Positions 26,163-36,999 are shown, counted from the stretch's first letter. The stretch is 64,000 bases of DNA from an uncultured virus (IMG/VR IMGVR_UViG_3300033112_000355) (IMGVR_UViG_3300033112_000355), one strand, 5' to 3'. Numbers and translations are program-made. The notes: generated from the letters alone by a model not told the origin.

Positions 26163-26828
26163 ATGCCAGTTATCAAAATTCAACCCAATCAAAATGCATC
26201 GAACAATCTCAAATTACCAGAGGCTCTAAAAGGAACTCACAACAGCTGGGATGAATACTTCGCTCTGGCAAAGCCTCGCCTTCGCGCCAGGGCAGAAGGG
26301 TTTCAAAAGATCTTCGATTACACAATTGAAAATCTTCTTAAAGATCTTTGTATCGTTGAAACCGGAACCTACCGTGAGATCAATAACTACGAGGGGGACG
26401 GCTGCTCAACTCTGTTGTTCGATCACTTTGTGAAGTACAACGGAGGTAAGCTTTACTCTGTTGACATTGACAACGCTGCATGCATCCTTGCTGATGCCAG
26501 CACGGAGAAGGCTGAGGTTGTGAAGATGGACAGCGTCGAATACTTAAATGAATTTGACGAAACAATCTCTGTTCTTTATCTTGATTCATACAACATTCAA
26601 GATTGGAACCATGATCATGAAGCAGCTGCTCATCACCTGAAAGAATTATTTGTTGCTAAAGAAAAACTTAAGGATGGTGCGTTAGTTATTATTGATGACA
26701 ACATCAAAAGTCCTTTCAACAAAAAGTTGATTGGTAAAGGTCGTTTAATCTATGAAGTATTGCATGATGTTCTCAACATGGAACATCTTGTAGACGACTA
26801 TCAGCAAGCTTTCATCTGGAACTCCTAA
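26163..26828 (+). CDS. Class I SAM-dependent methyltransferase (Methyltransf_24-like)
   Basis: IVETGT, YSVDID, DSVEYL, VLYLDS, GALVIIDD. Confidence 0.75.
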   Translation: MPVIKIQPNQNASNNLKLPEALKGTHNSWDEYFALAKPRLRARAEGFQKIFDYTIENLLKDLCIVETGTYREINNYEGDGCSTLLFDHFVKYNGGKLYSVDIDNAACILADASTEKAEVVKMDSVEYLNEFDETISVLYLDSYNIQDWNHDHEAAAHHLKELFVAKEKLKDGALVIIDDNIKSPFNKKLIGKGRLIYEVLHDVLNMEHLVDDYQQAFIWNS

Positions 26829-27058
26829 TGTCTTACGTCATTTCAACCAGCATCAGCGGCATCACTCATTGTCTCAAGCCTGATGAAGATACAGGCAAGT
26901 TCATTCTCATTCCTGTCAACACTGCCTCAGATGTGGCGCGTGCCTTAAATGCTCCACAAAAAACTATTGCAATTCAAATCCTAAATTGGGTACAAGAAAA
27001 TGACACCGACCTTTCTTCGCACAGATTTGAAGTTTCTGCTTCCTCAAAGTTCGGATAA
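26828..27058 (+). CDS. Hypothetical protein
   Basis: 76 aa, TAATG-coupled. Confidence 0.45.
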   Translation: MSYVISTSISGITHCLKPDEDTGKFILIPVNTASDVARALNAPQKTIAIQILNWVQENDTDLSSHRFEVSASSKFG

Positions 27059-28865
27059 AAAAGTATTTCTTTTTGACATAGAAACTAATGGCTTCTACGA
27101 TGATGTTAATAAGATCCATTGCATCGTTATCAAGGATGTCAAGACAGGACAGACTTTTAGTTATAGGCCTGACAGCATTAGTAACGCTCTTATCCATCTG
27201 GACTCAGCTGATGTTATCGTTGGGCACAACATAATCTTCTACGATATTCCTGTCATCGAGAAGTTATTTCCTGATGTAATCGACTTCTCATGTAAAGAAG
27301 TTGTAGACACATTGGTGTGCGTGCGTTTGTTATGGCCAAAGGAAAAGCTCTACGAAATCGATCAAAAGGATTACAACCATGTTCCCACCCGTCTTATGGG
27401 CTCTGCTTCCCTGGAAGCATGGGGCCACAGGTTCAAAGACTACAAAGGTGATTTCAAGGACTTTGAAAACTTCTCGCAAGAGATGCTTGATTACTGTATC
27501 CAAGATGTCAGTGTATCCTTCAAGCTACACCAACTGTTGTGTGATCAAGCCGGTCCTTATGAAAGATCACTCCGACTGGAACATGATCTCGCTCGGTGCA
27601 TTGAAAGACAGATTAGGTCTGGTTTTGGATTTGATGTTGATGCTGCTAATGATCTGGTGGATGAACTTGAAAAGCGTAAGGGAGAGTTAGAGGTTGAACT
27701 AAGAGAAGCTTTCCCCGCAAAGGATGAAGGCGATTGGTTTGTACCAAGGGTAAACAACAAGAACAAAGGTTATGTTGCAGGCGAAAAGGTTTGGCGGCCA
27801 AGGATCGTTGAATTTAATCCTGGTAGTCGCCAGCAGATCTGTGAAAGATTAATAGATAAATATGGATGGGTGCCTACAGCTAAGACTGAAAAAGGTAATC
27901 CAATTGTTGATGACGAAGTATTAGAAAAACTTATATATCCCGAGGCAAAATCTTTGTCAGAATACATGTTAGTCAAAAAACGTTTAGGTCAAATCAAGGA
28001 CGGCGCAAATGGATGGCTCAAGCTCGTTACTTCTGACAACTATATACATGGCGATCTTATTACCAATGGTTGTATCACTGGGAGAGCTAGCCATATGTCT
28101 CCTAACATGGCACAGATTCCGGCGGGGTATTCACCCTTCGGGAAAGAGTGTCGCTCTTTGTTTATACCTCCTGACGGCTTCAATCTTATTGGTGTTGACG
28201 CTAAGGCCCTTGAATTAAGATGCCTCGCTGGTTACTTGGCTCTCTATGATGATGGTGAGTATGGGAGGTTAGTCTGTGATGATGACATCGACATCCATAC
28301 TTTCAACCAGGAGAAGTTTGGAGTAGCAACTAGAGACATAAGCAAGCGTCTTCTTTATGCAGTTCTTTATGGTGCGGGTTATTACAAAGCTGGTACCATC
28401 GTTGATCCAAACGAATCTGACTCTGAGAAAATTAAACAGCTGGGAAGAGATGCGATCACTTCCTTCATGGAAGGTGTTCCCGCACTAGCACAATTAAAAA
28501 ATTCTCTGACTTCAAACTTACAGCGGCGTGGTTTTCTTCTTGGCTTAGACAAGCGTCCTTTGTTTTGTAGATCAGAATTCAAATCTTTGAATGTGCTTCT
28601 TCAAGCTGCGGGTGCTGTCTTGATGAAGCAAGTCGTGATTAACATCCATCGCAATTTACATGAGGAAGGTTTGAACTATGGAGTTGACTGGCAGCAGCAC
28701 GCCTTTGTTCATGATGAGGTTCAGCTTTCATGTCGCCCAGGAGTATCAGAAATAGTTCAAGAACTTTCTCTAAAATCTTTTCTGGAGTCGGGTGAAGACT
28801 TTAAGTTTCGCGTGCCAATTGAAGGTGATGCGAAACTAGGATCATGTTGGTATGAGACACACTAA
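27000..28865 (+). CDS. polA: Family A DNA polymerase, T7-like, with 3'-5' exonuclease
   Basis: ExoI FDIETNG, ExoII GHNIIFYD, ExoIII YCIQDV; motif A DAKALELR, motif B RDISKRLLYAVLYG (Tyr at the 762-equivalent), motif C VHDE. Confidence 0.95.
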   Translation: MTPTFLRTDLKFLLPQSSDKKVFLFDIETNGFYDDVNKIHCIVIKDVKTGQTFSYRPDSISNALIHLDSADVIVGHNIIFYDIPVIEKLFPDVIDFSCKEVVDTLVCVRLLWPKEKLYEIDQKDYNHVPTRLMGSASLEAWGHRFKDYKGDFKDFENFSQEMLDYCIQDVSVSFKLHQLLCDQAGPYERSLRLEHDLARCIERQIRSGFGFDVDAANDLVDELEKRKGELEVELREAFPAKDEGDWFVPRVNNKNKGYVAGEKVWRPRIVEFNPGSRQQICERLIDKYGWVPTAKTEKGNPIVDDEVLEKLIYPEAKSLSEYMLVKKRLGQIKDGANGWLKLVTSDNYIHGDLITNGCITGRASHMSPNMAQIPAGYSPFGKECRSLFIPPDGFNLIGVDAKALELRCLAGYLALYDDGEYGRLVCDDDIDIHTFNQEKFGVATRDISKRLLYAVLYGAGYYKAGTIVDPNESDSEKIKQLGRDAITSFMEGVPALAQLKNSLTSNLQRRGFLLGLDKRPLFCRSEFKSLNVLLQAAGAVLMKQVVINIHRNLHEEGLNYGVDWQQHAFVHDEVQLSCRPGVSEIVQELSLKSFLESGEDFKFRVPIEGDAKLGSCWYETH

Positions 28866-29185
28866 TGTTTTCTATTTTTCGCGACCCTTCTCCTGAATCT
28901 CCCCTGGATGAAAACCATGATTTGATTTGCGACCTTGTCTACCTGATGAAGCCTGCAGAATATAAAACTATAATCGAATCCTTGGTTGAGCTAATGGTGT
29001 CAGATATGCCAACGGATGTATTAGAAAAGCTGACTGGAAATAAAACTGGTGATGAAGAAGCACTAGAAATGCTATTAATATTTTATGATGCAGAGGGCAT
29101 TTACACATGCCTATCTGATTCTCTAAAACTTTTGAGCAACGACAAAGTTTGCTCAGCTCTCAACAAACTTTTTTCCGAACGATGA
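28865..29185 (+). CDS. Acidic hypothetical protein
   Basis: 106 aa, coupled to polA. Confidence 0.5.
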   Translation: MFSIFRDPSPESPLDENHDLICDLVYLMKPAEYKTIIESLVELMVSDMPTDVLEKLTGNKTGDEEALEMLLIFYDAEGIYTCLSDSLKLLSNDKVCSALNKLFSER

Positions 29186-29967
29186 ACTTCGCCTCCCTAA
29201 CAGTCACACTCGTTGGTGACCCTGTTGCTGACTCAAAAAATCCCAACTGGTTTGTATCAAGATGCTTAGCTAACGTAAGTCAAGCAGGAAAGAATAGAGT
29301 TGAGACACCGCTTGAGTTAGTCGTTGTCGGTGATCGTGCAAAGATGTTTCAAGACAATGCCAAGGCTGGCATGAAAGTCTTTGTTAACCGTGGGACACTG
29401 CGGCATGACCTAGAGACACGAAAATTTTCTGTAATTTCTGGCTCAGTAGAACCAGTGGGAGATGGCTTCACTCGCTTCAACGATATTATTCTGTCCGGTC
29501 GTTGTATCAAAGACATCAATGAATCCGATCCAAAAGCCGTGCGTCGAACCAGTGATGGTTTGCTGATTGTTAATCAAACTCTTCAGGTCCGCACAGGTGA
29601 CGGTCAAAGTGACCTATTTAATCTTGTGGCAATCAATGGCGCAAGCGATAAGCTGCCCATCGCAAGGTTGATTGCTGACTTCACCCGCAAAGGATCTGGT
29701 CTGACAATTCATGGAAGACTTTCGACCAGAGGATGGGTAGACGAGAGCACTGGAGAGCCCCGTCAAAGCACACAGATTTCTGTAAGTAAGATGACTCTCC
29801 CTCCTCGTCCGCAAGCAGGTCAGGCCCCAGAGATCAAACCAAAGGTCAGCATCTCTGAAGGCAGTCCTACGAAATCTCTCTGGCCAGGCAGCTCAGAAAA
29901 TGGATGGTCGCCTCAGCAGTCACAGTTAACTTCAGTAACTCCGGTGGATGACAACGAGCCTTTCTAG
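29182..29967 (+). CDS. ssb: Single-stranded DNA-binding protein with tandem OB folds
   Basis: Two SSB-like halves (KAGMKVFVNRGTL; RKGSGLTIHGRLSTRGW); acidic tail DDNEPF. Confidence 0.7.
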   Translation: MNFASLTVTLVGDPVADSKNPNWFVSRCLANVSQAGKNRVETPLELVVVGDRAKMFQDNAKAGMKVFVNRGTLRHDLETRKFSVISGSVEPVGDGFTRFNDIILSGRCIKDINESDPKAVRRTSDGLLIVNQTLQVRTGDGQSDLFNLVAINGASDKLPIARLIADFTRKGSGLTIHGRLSTRGWVDESTGEPRQSTQISVSKMTLPPRPQAGQAPEIKPKVSISEGSPTKSLWPGSSENGWSPQQSQLTSVTPVDDNEPF

Positions 29968-30100
29968 AGCTATCGTCTGATTGTTGGGAGGTGAGAGACC
30001 CCAACACTCTCTCTACAGAGTCTGAAGAGAGGGCCGGATACAGTTTGTGAGTTCTGTACAAAAACTCACACCCCAATCACGCACCATCACGAACCATCGC

Positions 30101-31084
30101 ATGCCTTCAAGTCTTAAGAAGCGCTCCGCTAGCGACTTCCAGCGATTTTCAAACGCTAAGTACAAATCTGGTTATCAAACTCTTGCTACTCTCCAGCCAC
30201 TAAACAAATCCAAAAGGATGGGCTGGTTCCTGAAGGAGCAGGACATCCCTCACTGTGAGTGGACAGCTTCCGAAGAAGACCTGGAATATCCGGAGCATCC
30301 CAAAGGTGCTGTCATCTTTAACTATGAACAAACCTTTGGTGGCCATGGCTCAAACAAAAGTGTAGAAAGGGGAATCAACTTTACAGCGATTCGCTTTCAG
30401 CGCCTGCATGCAAGTCCTCTAATTATTCAAGAGACTGGCGGCAATAAAGAAATGATCGGGACTTTCGATCATCCTGTCGCTAAGCAATTGTTTGATGAGG
30501 ATAAAGAGCTTGCAGAAAAAGAAAGTGATTACAAACGCAAGTACACAGTTCGCACTATGTACTGTGTTTACATCCTTACAAAGGATAACAAGCGTGCTCA
30601 CAACAAGCCTATTGTCTTATCCATTAAAGGTTTGAATGGTGTAGATCTATCTAAGAAGACAAAAGATTTTGACAGAGCTGTTGAGTCCTGTCTTAATCGT
30701 GTTAATGAAGAGGAGATTAGTGCAACGTTCTCCGAACAGGTTCATGCTCTATCCGTGTTCAGCTGCTCCTTCGAACGTGCGATGGAAGGGCAACGTGGTG
30801 TAGAGATCTGCGGCATCGAAAGCTTCGAGATGCCTTTTGCTGAGAGCATCGAAGAAGCCGCTGAAGCTCTTGATACCTTCATGATCAAAGAAGAGGACTA
30901 TGAAAAGACCTGGTCTGATCAAGAGAAGTACAAGGGTTACATCCAGTCATACTGTGAAATGCTCCAGGCAAAGCTGAATGGTCAATACGGAATCAAAGAA
31001 GGAGTAGAGATACTTCCTGCTGTTGCATCCGCGACTAAAGCTCTACCCTCTTCTAATCCGACAGGAGAAGACGCATCACTCTAA
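30101..31084 (+). CDS. Hypothetical replication-module protein (DUF5895-like)
   Basis: Long ORF after SSB; RTMYCVYILTKDNKRAHNKPIVLSIKG. Confidence 0.45.
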   Translation: MPSSLKKRSASDFQRFSNAKYKSGYQTLATLQPLNKSKRMGWFLKEQDIPHCEWTASEEDLEYPEHPKGAVIFNYEQTFGGHGSNKSVERGINFTAIRFQRLHASPLIIQETGGNKEMIGTFDHPVAKQLFDEDKELAEKESDYKRKYTVRTMYCVYILTKDNKRAHNKPIVLSIKGLNGVDLSKKTKDFDRAVESCLNRVNEEEISATFSEQVHALSVFSCSFERAMEGQRGVEICGIESFEMPFAESIEEAAEALDTFMIKEEDYEKTWSDQEKYKGYIQSYCEMLQAKLNGQYGIKEGVEILPAVASATKALPSSNPTGEDASL

Positions 31085-31276
31085 AGGAAACTCTGCTTCC
31101 ATTAGAGCGTTAGTTAGACCTGTTATAACTCCTGCTCGCTGTGTCGCGATCCTTGCCAACAGGGTCGCGATTTCTTTTAACTCTTTTGTTGAGTCCATAG
31201 ATTCTATGGTCCTTTTGACCTTCTCCTCCCAAAACAAATCTTTAGTTGAGGGTTCAAATTTTAATTTGCTGAACAT
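31076..31276 (-). CDS. NblA-like small protein (marine cyanophage type)
   Basis: 66 aa two-helix pattern STKDLFWEEKVKRTIESMDSTKELKEIATLL. Confidence 0.45.
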   Translation of the reverse strand: MFSKLKFEPSTKDLFWEEKVKRTIESMDSTKELKEIATLLARIATQRAGVITGLTNALMEAEFPLE

Positions 31277-31414
31277 AGAATTATTTGTTTTAAATTATTT
31301 TAACTACAATTTTTAAAATGAATCTTTTTATTTTCAAAAGCTCATTCTTGTTATTATCTCTAGCTACCAGTGCAACTGTGACTGCTTTGCTAGTTCGCAG
31401 TAAGCGCAAGGCAC

Positions 31415-31855
31415 ATGCTAGGGTCTGTGAAGAATCGGATGATCCCGTTCTTTTCATCTAATCACATGACAATCTCAACCTACCAATCAACCTTCTACCA
31501 AGGCCTCAAAAAAAAGGCGAATTTAATTTCACCTAGTAGATGGTCAAATCTACATCCTCACTTGAACGCAAGCTTTTACGAAAAGCTCACTCCTCCCACA
31601 TCCCAGGGCGACGCAAAAATTCTCTCGCGCACTCATAAAGATGCTGCTGAAGATTTTCAATGCCAGATTGAAGTAGTAGATCAAGAAATATTGATGTTGA
31701 AAGATCCTATCGATAACACAATTCCTGAATACAACTGCGATCAATATGAAGATTGTCTTGAGAAAAAGAGACGTTTAATGCTGAGCAAACGTTTTCATGT
31801 TAATGCAATGAATGCTTATGACTATTTCTGTTATTGTAAAAGTAATGCTCTCTAA
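31415..31855 (+). CDS. Coiled-coil hypothetical protein
   Basis: ORF track; probable start MTISTY. Confidence 0.5.
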   Translation: MLGSVKNRMIPFFSSNHMTISTYQSTFYQGLKKKANLISPSRWSNLHPHLNASFYEKLTPPTSQGDAKILSRTHKDAAEDFQCQIEVVDQEILMLKDPIDNTIPEYNCDQYEDCLEKKRRLMLSKRFHVNAMNAYDYFCYCKSNAL

Positions 31856-31870
31856 ATTTATTCCATCGTC

Positions 31871-32134
31871 ATGAACCACGAACAAGCCACACAGTTAATG
31901 GATCTTCTCGCAAGGTTCACAAATGATGGGACACCTCTTCAAGCAGTGCTTGGAGATAAGTTTGAACTTGGTGTGACGCTTCTCACATGTGCAATGGTTT
32001 CAAATGAGAACCTCGCAGCATGCATGGAGCCTGATGAACAAGTAAGGGCAGCTATCAATTACTACAATATTATTCAAGAACAGATCGGTATTTACAGAGA
32101 TAACCAAGCACACTCACTGGAGAAACTTATATGA
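31871..32134 (+). CDS. Hypothetical protein
   Basis: 87 aa ORF. Confidence 0.5.
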   Translation: MNHEQATQLMDLLARFTNDGTPLQAVLGDKFELGVTLLTCAMVSNENLAACMEPDEQVRAAINYYNIIQEQIGIYRDNQAHSLEKLI

Positions 32135-32353
32135 TAAAGTTAAAAGACTTTCATAAATAAACGTGTCCAGCTCAGTTGCTTGCATCTCCTTCAATGTTGA
32201 GGTGGAGATAGAGTACGACTCTTTCAAAGGTAAGACACTAGATCAGTTTACAGAGAGTCTCGAAGATGATCTGCATTCTTTAGTCGCAGAGTTACGTCCG
32301 GATGATATTTCTTGTTTCATTACCTCTACAAACAAAGTTCGTCTTGTTGACCA

Positions 32354-32653
32354 ATGAACAACCCGACCATGATCAGTGGCTCAATTATTGATTGGGACAT
32401 CAACGAAGAAAATAAAAGAGTTGTTTTCATGGAGCACATGTATCGTTGCGATGGTCGTGAAGATCCGTCGCATCCGAGGCACGGCACCTACACAGACTTA
32501 TGGAAAAACTTTTGCCTACATGAAGCAGGAGTAGCCATGCGCGACCTTTGGTTTGAGCGCATGGAAGCTGCTGATGAATACATCAGGGAGCAACAAAAAA
32601 ATAGTGCTATGGGAATTGAGATTAGGCCATTCATTCCCACTTACGACGACTAG
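32354..32653 (+). CDS. Hypothetical phage protein
   Basis: MYRCDGREDPSHPRHGTYTDLW motif. Confidence 0.5.
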   Translation: MNNPTMISGSIIDWDINEENKRVVFMEHMYRCDGREDPSHPRHGTYTDLWKNFCLHEAGVAMRDLWFERMEAADEYIREQQKNSAMGIEIRPFIPTYDD

Positions 32654-32802
32654 GTTTTTTGTTCGGGGTCTTCGAAACCTGGTAGATCCCTTCCAGTCTC
32701 AGTAATGTTTGATGCCCGCTTGTAGAACCAGGTGTCTGTTTTCCCTGCCTCTTCCAGCGCCTTCTTTACTTTTCTCCAGTTCTCTACTTGGTACGCTTCC
32801 AT
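32650..32802 (-). CDS. Small hypothetical protein (50 aa, not in ORF track)
   Basis: MEAYQVENWRKVKKALEEAGKTDTWFYKRA. Confidence 0.5.
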   Translation of the reverse strand: MEAYQVENWRKVKKALEEAGKTDTWFYKRASNITETGRDLPGFEDPEQKT

Positions 32803-32929
32803 CGGTTAAATCCTACTTTGTAGTTTACTTTTCTAGCCTTCTTTAAAATCTTTTGCGCTTCCTCCCTGGTTGTACATTCTTCTGCCCTAACATTAAGCGA
32901 CGCTAATTTTTTATATTGTTTTAATAAAT

Positions 32930-33160
32930 TCATTGATCCCTCCTGTTGATTTGTATCCCCGTTAACAATGCTAACGTAGTTGCAGTCATTCCGGCAAACA
33001 TTGTAGTTGCTCTCTTATCCAGTTCAGGACAAGGGTGATCATCAAAACCCTGCTTATCTATGTGCTCGAAACATTTGTTTACTGTTAATACGAGCACCAA
33101 TATTTGGCCGAGAAAAATACAACCAAGAAAAGCTAATAATATTTTTTCTTTGGAACTCAT
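32930..33160 (-). CDS. Two-TM small membrane protein (holin candidate)
   Basis: Two hydrophobic helices. Confidence 0.4.
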   Translation of the reverse strand: MSSKEKILLAFLGCIFLGQILVLVLTVNKCFEHIDKQGFDDHPCPELDKRATTMFAGMTATTLALLTGIQINRRDQ

Positions 33161-33162
33161 TT

Positions 33163-34446
33163 TTACCTGTTAGTTTCTTGCCAACCTAATGATGCAAGTA
33201 CATCTGCACCTGCTGTATCAGTCGATGCGATTAAAATCAACTCGAAAGGAGTGCTGGTAAAACTATTACGTTGAAGTTGATACTCAAATAAATTATCACG
33301 TTGCAATTCTGCTGTAGTTGATCCTTGATTAGAGCCGACTGTATAACCAGCTGTTAATACCTCTCCGTCGCCAAGACTATAACCTGTCGCGGTTGTGTTG
33401 TATTCAACTAAAGAAGAACTATTGGTTGTGCTCCAGGTACCTCCCGAAGTGGTTCCTCCTTGTACAAGCTCCCAGCAGTAATTGGCATTGTTAGATATAC
33501 CTAAAACATTTAGCGAATCTAAAATAGCAATACCATCTAACTTTGTACTCTTGAGACGTAAAGAAATTACAGGATACTCAGTTGAAACGTTAGTTAAATC
33601 CCTGGGTGAAGCAATAGGAAGCTTTGCTTCTGCTGAGCTACCTCTTATCTCATAGCCGCCTTCTGAAATAACAGTCGCACAAATTTGTTTCAAAGTGCTA
33701 CTGCTACCTGTAGTATCTGTGTTAGTAATTTCTACACGTAGAGGTAAGCTGGCTGTCGTGATGTAAGTTCCTACAGTTACATTTGCATGATGGAATGAGT
33801 GACAATGAATGTATAAACCATTAATGATGAAGCCACATCTTACTGTTCCTGAACCAAGCCATTCAAAATCGAACCAAACGATTTGAACCTTGGTTAGATC
33901 TAAAGAAAGTCCTGAAGGTCCCGTGCCATCAAGACGATCAACATTCCAGCTGCTCTGAGATACTTCCGTGTTTACTAGTGATCCAGTGACAGAACTTCTT
34001 TTAACGAAAGAAGGTGAGTTAGTGCTATTAAGCTCAAGGTAAAAGCCATTCTCACTTCCAAAATATCCAACGCGTTGCCGTAGATTACTTTGAGCTTCTT
34101 CAAAGTTGAAAGATAAAATAGCTAAAAGAGATTTACCGGGTTGGTAATTAAATACTTTTTTTGTTTCTCTTAATACTTGTGAGCCTGATGCAGTGGTGAC
34201 TGTCATGTCAAGCAATCCTGCATCTGAATCAAATGTTGTAGAACCTCCTGCTGCTGTTGACTCAGCCCAGGCACCATTATCTACATAGCGATGAGAAGAA
34301 TCAAATAAAGTAAAAGGATTTGAGACCCTTAGCCTTCCAAAGGCATCTGTACTTGTAGTTCCAGATGCAGTGATTGCTGTTGTTACAGGATTTACAACGT
34401 AAACATCTTTAACTAATTCGGAATTGTAATAACGACCTTGTGCCAT
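33163..34446 (-). CDS. Virion structural protein (Ser/Thr-rich beta protein)
   Basis: TDAFGRLRVSNPFTLFDS, YQPGKS, FEWLGSGTVRCG motifs seen in cyanophage structural proteins. Confidence 0.6.
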   Translation of the reverse strand: MAQGRYYNSELVKDVYVVNPVTTAITASGTTSTDAFGRLRVSNPFTLFDSSHRYVDNGAWAESTAAGGSTTFDSDAGLLDMTVTTASGSQVLRETKKVFNYQPGKSLLAILSFNFEEAQSNLRQRVGYFGSENGFYLELNSTNSPSFVKRSSVTGSLVNTEVSQSSWNVDRLDGTGPSGLSLDLTKVQIVWFDFEWLGSGTVRCGFIINGLYIHCHSFHHANVTVGTYITTASLPLRVEITNTDTTGSSSTLKQICATVISEGGYEIRGSSAEAKLPIASPRDLTNVSTEYPVISLRLKSTKLDGIAILDSLNVLGISNNANYCWELVQGGTTSGGTWSTTNSSSLVEYNTTATGYSLGDGEVLTAGYTVGSNQGSTTAELQRDNLFEYQLQRNSFTSTPFELILIASTDTAGADVLASLGWQETNR

Positions 34447-34545
34447 TTGATTTAGCTATTAAATTTATATCCTTTATTTTAAGACCCCTGTAAAAAACTT
34501 GGATTAAAATTGAATTATATATTACTGAAAACACTTGTTATAGCA

Positions 34546-34971
34546 ATGTTGTATTCCTTGTTTGGCGACTTTAGTGAGAGCACAGAACCTCAACAGGGTG
34601 CAACCTTTAAGGGAGTGCCTTTAACAAATTTTTTAGATTCTGATTTTGGTGGATTCATAAATAAAAAGAATGTTAAAGGCGGGGGCTTTGTCCGCAGATC
34701 TCCTGATGATCCATTCGTACAGCTTTTGGCTGGCAAAGGAGCGGCATCACAATTCTTGGCTCCCTTAAAAAATGCAGGTCTTAATACACAGGACTATCAG
34801 TTCTATGCAGACAGAGCAGGAATCACAAATGTGAACAGCAGAAGTGACCTGGATCAGATCATCGACGCTTTTGAACAAGATAAAAGAATGCCCCAGGCAA
34901 TGTCTGACGAAATGGTAGCGTCGCCTATGACTCAACAGACAATGGCTGGTAAATATTTAGGTTTCTTCTAA
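34546..34971 (+). CDS. Hypothetical protein
   Basis: ORF track. Confidence 0.45.
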   Translation: MLYSLFGDFSESTEPQQGATFKGVPLTNFLDSDFGGFINKKNVKGGGFVRRSPDDPFVQLLAGKGAASQFLAPLKNAGLNTQDYQFYADRAGITNVNSRSDLDQIIDAFEQDKRMPQAMSDEMVASPMTQQTMAGKYLGFF

Positions 34972-35040
34972 TTGATTTTTGACAGCAATTAATAAGGACT
35001 TTATTCTAGAATGTGAGATATAAAGTGACCCTTAAAGTTA

Positions 35041-35571
35041 ATGGCTCAGTTCCCAGATCCTTTTGAAGATAAGCAGCAGCAAACCATCGAGACACCTGTA
35101 GAACCTACAGTCAAGTACAAGAAAGAAGATAAGACTGCGAAATTTGTTTCAGACCTGACCAGGGTTTGCAGCACGTTGGATCATCTGCGGATTCAGGCGC
35201 ACCTCATTCATTTAAATTATGAGGCAGCAAACTTTTTGGGGGTCCATAAGTTTCTGAAAAAGCAGTACGAAGGGCACTCAGAGCAATTTGATCGCGTGGG
35301 TGAGTACATACGTTCGATGGATTACCTTCTGCCGATGTGTGAGAAAGGTTTGAAATCCGCTTCAAAAGATGTAAAGCATGTTGATTCATACGAGCCAACT
35401 AAAATGCTGCTCACTTATTATACGAACCTTGAGTCTTTTGCATTATTTCTTAAAGGTGTAAGGAAGCAAGCAGAGCGTATCGATGCTCCAGATGTAGAGA
35501 ACTACTTGGCTGAATTGATTGGCGAGATGTTCCTAGCTGCTTGGAAAATTAAATCAATGCTAAGAAATTAA
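35041..35571 (+). CDS. dps: Dps/ferritin-like protein
   Basis: HLIHLNYEAANFLGVHKFL...QFDRVGEYIR ferroxidase-centre pattern. Confidence 0.75.
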   Translation: MAQFPDPFEDKQQQTIETPVEPTVKYKKEDKTAKFVSDLTRVCSTLDHLRIQAHLIHLNYEAANFLGVHKFLKKQYEGHSEQFDRVGEYIRSMDYLLPMCEKGLKSASKDVKHVDSYEPTKMLLTYYTNLESFALFLKGVRKQAERIDAPDVENYLAELIGEMFLAAWKIKSMLRN

Positions 35572-35830
35572 AGACCCAGGTTCTCATCCTGGGTCTGCAT
35601 TTCCCGTAGCCGCTTCTTCGGTTCCTTTTGATAGTGTGGAGGGGCTTTCGACAATTGCCCCAGGCTCATTTGCCTTGTCAGAGCTTACTCCAGATCTTTC
35701 TTTTTTAATACGTTCTTCATAAATAGAATCATATTTAGATGGCAAAGCTTTCTCCCTCCAGTCAGAGGGAGGCTCTGGCATCCACTGTGCAAGTTCTCTG
35801 AAGTATTTTGCGAAGCGTTCCGCATCCGCC

Positions 35831-36100
35831 TCAGCTTTCTTTTTCAAACTCACACTTCTTCACCATTTTTAAGTGCTCATCCAGGTCTTCCAATAATGCG
35901 TCCATAAAATTAAGGGACTCAATTTTGGCAATGATGTCTGTGATTGAACTGATTAGTACGGCGTTTTCAGATCGTGCGGCAAATGCTAATGCTTCACGCA
36001 TAGCATGGTTTGCTGCATCCACTGGAATTTTTACCTGGGTTGATAGAGCCATGAATGATTTATCACTATACAAAGTATAGCTGTTAAAAGCATATTGCAC
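35831..36100 (-). CDS. Hypothetical cyanophage protein
   Basis: MALSTQVK...MREALAFAARSE. Confidence 0.5.
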   Translation of the reverse strand: MQYAFNSYTLYSDKSFMALSTQVKIPVDAANHAMREALAFAARSENAVLISSITDIIAKIESLNFMDALLEDLDEHLKMVKKCEFEKES

Positions 36101-36177
36101 ACTTTAGTTATAACCGAATTCGAATTTAGTGTTGTTACTAAATACATTGTATTATTTTTTTAATACATAAAGATTGA

Positions 36178-36999
36178 ATGGCTTCCAAAAAAGTCTGGAA
36201 AAGGGATCAGATGGAGGCCCTTAATAATAAAGAGTGTCGTATTACGATCGATGGAAGAAGGCATTACACCACGCCTTTCGGTCCAGCTCCATCAGTAACT
36301 ACTATTCTTTCTGAGATTGCTAGTGAAGAAAATAAGAAGAAACTTGAGATGTGGAGTAAAGCTAATCCCGGAGCAAAGGAGGCAGCCGCAGAAAGAGGTA
36401 CAGCAATTCATGCTGCGATGGAACATTACCTTGCAGATGGAATTAAAGAACCTGATATTAAAGAAGAATATGCTGAGTTCTGGCAAGGTATGCCTGCAGT
36501 CTTAGATCAATTCGATGATTGCATCTGGGCAGAGAGACCTCTTTTAAAAGAGCATCAATTTACTGTAGGTGGCGATGGTGTGGCCAGAGTATTTGGAATT
36601 AATGATGAGGGACACTGCTTTGCTGGGGCCCCGGATGTTATTGGATATGTAAAAGGAAAGCTTGTACTTGCTGATTTAAAGACTTCAGTCAAACCTTACT
36701 CGAGACGATGGCCCAAAGATTTGCAAAAGGGTTCACAGGAATGGCGGGATCTACTTGGTGGCTATATGAAATTTAAAAAAACTATTAAACAATTAGCTGC
36801 TTATGACATAGGTATCGAAAACACTTTGGGTTTAAAGGTTGACCAAGCTGCAATCCTTGTTTCGACTCCGCTTCGTACGCAAGTCTTTAAAATCAGCAGA
36901 AATTTTTTAAACTCTTTAAGAGAGGACTGGTGGAAGTGCTGTGCAGAATACTTCGAACAAATGGAGAAGTATGGTCCTGTTGATAAAGATTTAATTTGA
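36178..36999 (+). CDS. PD-(D/E)XK exonuclease (RecB/Cas4-like fold)
   Basis: PSVTTIL, RGTAIH, FAGAPD...DLKTS, QLAAY. Confidence 0.85.
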   Translation: MASKKVWKRDQMEALNNKECRITIDGRRHYTTPFGPAPSVTTILSEIASEENKKKLEMWSKANPGAKEAAAERGTAIHAAMEHYLADGIKEPDIKEEYAEFWQGMPAVLDQFDDCIWAERPLLKEHQFTVGGDGVARVFGINDEGHCFAGAPDVIGYVKGKLVLADLKTSVKPYSRRWPKDLQKGSQEWRDLLGGYMKFKKTIKQLAAYDIGIENTLGLKVDQAAILVSTPLRTQVFKISRNFLNSLREDWWKCCAEYFEQMEKYGPVDKDLI

